This document shows positions 44,162 to 45,309 of a stretch of DNA of 45,309 nucleotides, piece by piece. Below the pieces are notes generated by a model. It did no database searches and had not been told where the DNA came from. It was given only the letters and a program-made list of their open reading frames with translations. Numbering within the stretch: the stretch's first letter is position 1; every line of letters starts with the position of its first letter. Where the stretch lies: contig JBDRAU010000082.1 in NCBI GenBank assembly GCA_043823315.1, forward strand, positions 1-45,309. The letters run 5' to 3'. The stretch is from a bacterium. Lineage in GTDB: Bacteria; Patescibacteriota; UBA1384; DTJR01. The translations under genes were made by a program, and so were the position numbers.

Positions 44162-45309
44162 ATGATAAATTTATTGAAAATTGCCTGTGGTGCTGAGCGA
44201 AGTCGAAGCAAAAATTGTGAACTGAAAATTACAAGACAATTATCTTTGATTGTCTTGATTGCCATCACCCTTATCGCCACCCTTACTCCCAATGCCTCTA
44301 TCGCCTCAAGCCAAGTCAACACTACCAAATCCTCCACCGCTGACTGGGATCAGGGGACGAATAATAACTTAAACACCACCTCGGATGAGATGAAGATGAT
44401 GCCGAATCCGAGAACTGCCTGGTACCAGACCGGTGGCACTTGGAACTATCGCAAAAAAATAGTCATTGACCACACCAAAGTTCCAAATACCGACCAGACT
44501 GACTTTCCGGTTCTCATTAACTTAACAACCGACTCCGACCTTGCCTCCAAAGCTCAAGCAAACGGCAACGACATCTTAATAACTTCCGATGACCAAACAA
44601 CTAAACTCTCACACGAGATCGAGTCCTACACCTCCGCCAACGGTGCTTTAGTTCTCTGGGTCAAAATCCCGACCCTCTCCCGCACCTACGACACGACAAT
44701 TTTTATGTACTACGGCAATGCTTCCGCCACCAATCAGCAAAACGCAACAGGGGTGTGGAGCAACGGGTATGCAGGGGTTTGGCATATGGGGGATGCAGGA
44801 CCGACTACTGTGTTAGATTCTACCTCTAATTCCCATACCGGTACCGCAAATGCAGGGGTTACCTTTGGTGCAACAGGAAAAGTTGCAAATGGATTGACAT
44901 TTACTAATACTGGAGGCGTACAAACTGCTTGGATACTGGCAGGATCAGCTCAATTGGATCTCTCTATCTATGTAAATCAAGCAGAAACGACATCAAATCG
45001 AGTAATCTTTGTCGGTGGCAATTCAAGAGAAAATTCTATCTTTTTAGAAAACGGAAATGTGTGTGGCATGATGATCATAGGAGGCAGCGCGTATCAAATA
45101 ACTATAGCAAGTCAAACAACGGGTTCTTGGAAGCGGTATGATCTCACATACGATGGAAGCACCCTGGCAGGTTTTGTAAATGGAGTCCAAACAAATTCTG
45201 CTTCGGTGACAGGCGCAATGACGAACTCCGATTATATCGGAGTGGGGAAAAGCTCAGGTTATTTTAATGGTATTGCAATGAGCGTTGATAATCCAAACAT
45301 CTCCTTCAC
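44162..45309 (+). CDS. Secreted or membrane-anchored DUF2341 plus LamG/concanavalin-like domain protein (5' part; runs off the window)
   Basis: The open frame from ATG 44162 begins MINLLKIACGAERSRSKNCELKITRQLSLIVLIAITLIATL (signal anchor). It continues with WNYRKKIVIDHTKVPNTDQTDFPVLINL...SHEIESY...LWVKIPTLS...IFMYYGN (DUF2341 pattern), then a GVWHMGD...LDSTSN LamG-like region. There is no stop before 45309. Confidence 0.7.
   Translation, partial: MINLLKIACGAERSRSKNCELKITRQLSLIVLIAITLIATLTPNASIASSQVNTTKSSTADWDQGTNNNLNTTSDEMKMMPNPRTAWYQTGGTWNYRKKIVIDHTKVPNTDQTDFPVLINLTTDSDLASKAQANGNDILITSDDQTTKLSHEIESYTSANGALVLWVKIPTLSRTYDTTIFMYYGNASATNQQNATGVWSNGYAGVWHMGDAGPTTVLDSTSNSHTGTANAGVTFGATGKVANGLTFTNTGGVQTAWILAGSAQLDLSIYVNQAETTSNRVIFVGGNSRENSIFLENGNVCGMMIIGGSAYQITIASQTTGSWKRYDLTYDGSTLAGFVNGVQTNSASVTGAMTNSDYIGVGKSSGYFNGIAMSVDNPNISF

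Noticed and set aside
45213-45222. A 10-nt match (GCGCAATGAC) to the repeat core inside the DUF2341/LamG gene.
   Set aside because: No other repeat motifs flank it. A single 10-mer match on either strand in 45 kb is within chance expectation.

Overview
This 45.3-kb window comes from a low-GC bacterium (roughly 40% GC by eye) with compact, often overlapping genes and standard stop-codon usage. TGA closes rplC and infA, so the code is standard. Nt 377-26091 (+ strand) form one uninterrupted information-processing supercluster: rpoB-rpoC-rpsL-rpsG-fusA-tuf, then the S10/spc/alpha ribosomal-protein operons with secY, map, infA and rpoA, then rplQ-rplM-rpsI. L30 (rpmD) is missing between rpsE and rplO, adk is missing between secY and map, several ribosomal proteins are shortened, and RpoA has no alpha-CTD. 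Together these fit a Candidate Phyla Radiation (Patescibacteria)-type genome; that placement is inference. The remainder holds rbfA-like, membrane, DD-carboxypeptidase and PaaX-like genes (+). A minus-strand block follows (rnc, nusB, rpmF, leuS, tRNA-Ala, two tandem iPGM paralogs), then an archaeal-type cupin PGI. After that come tRNA-Leu, tsaC, tRNA-Ala, lysS, a DUF456 protein, a short truB, a SAM methyltransferase, a cold-shock protein, two small proteins, and the 5' part of a DUF2341/LamG surface protein. The window opens with the 3' end of an rve-type transposase. I see no cas genes, CRISPR array, restriction, toxin-antitoxin or other recognisable defence or secondary-metabolite system. 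The most unusual signal is a family of GC-rich palindromic MITE/REP-like repeats with termini GTCATTGCG(A/C)G ... CTCGC(A/G)ATGAC and inner motif CGAAGCAATC. They form three intergenic clusters at 37.2, 40.5 and 43.6-44.1 kb. They carry an internal hairpin with compensatory base changes between copies, and one 99-nt copy sits in-frame inside the essential leuS gene. All calls rest on reading the sequence and the supplied ORF translations; no database search was possible.
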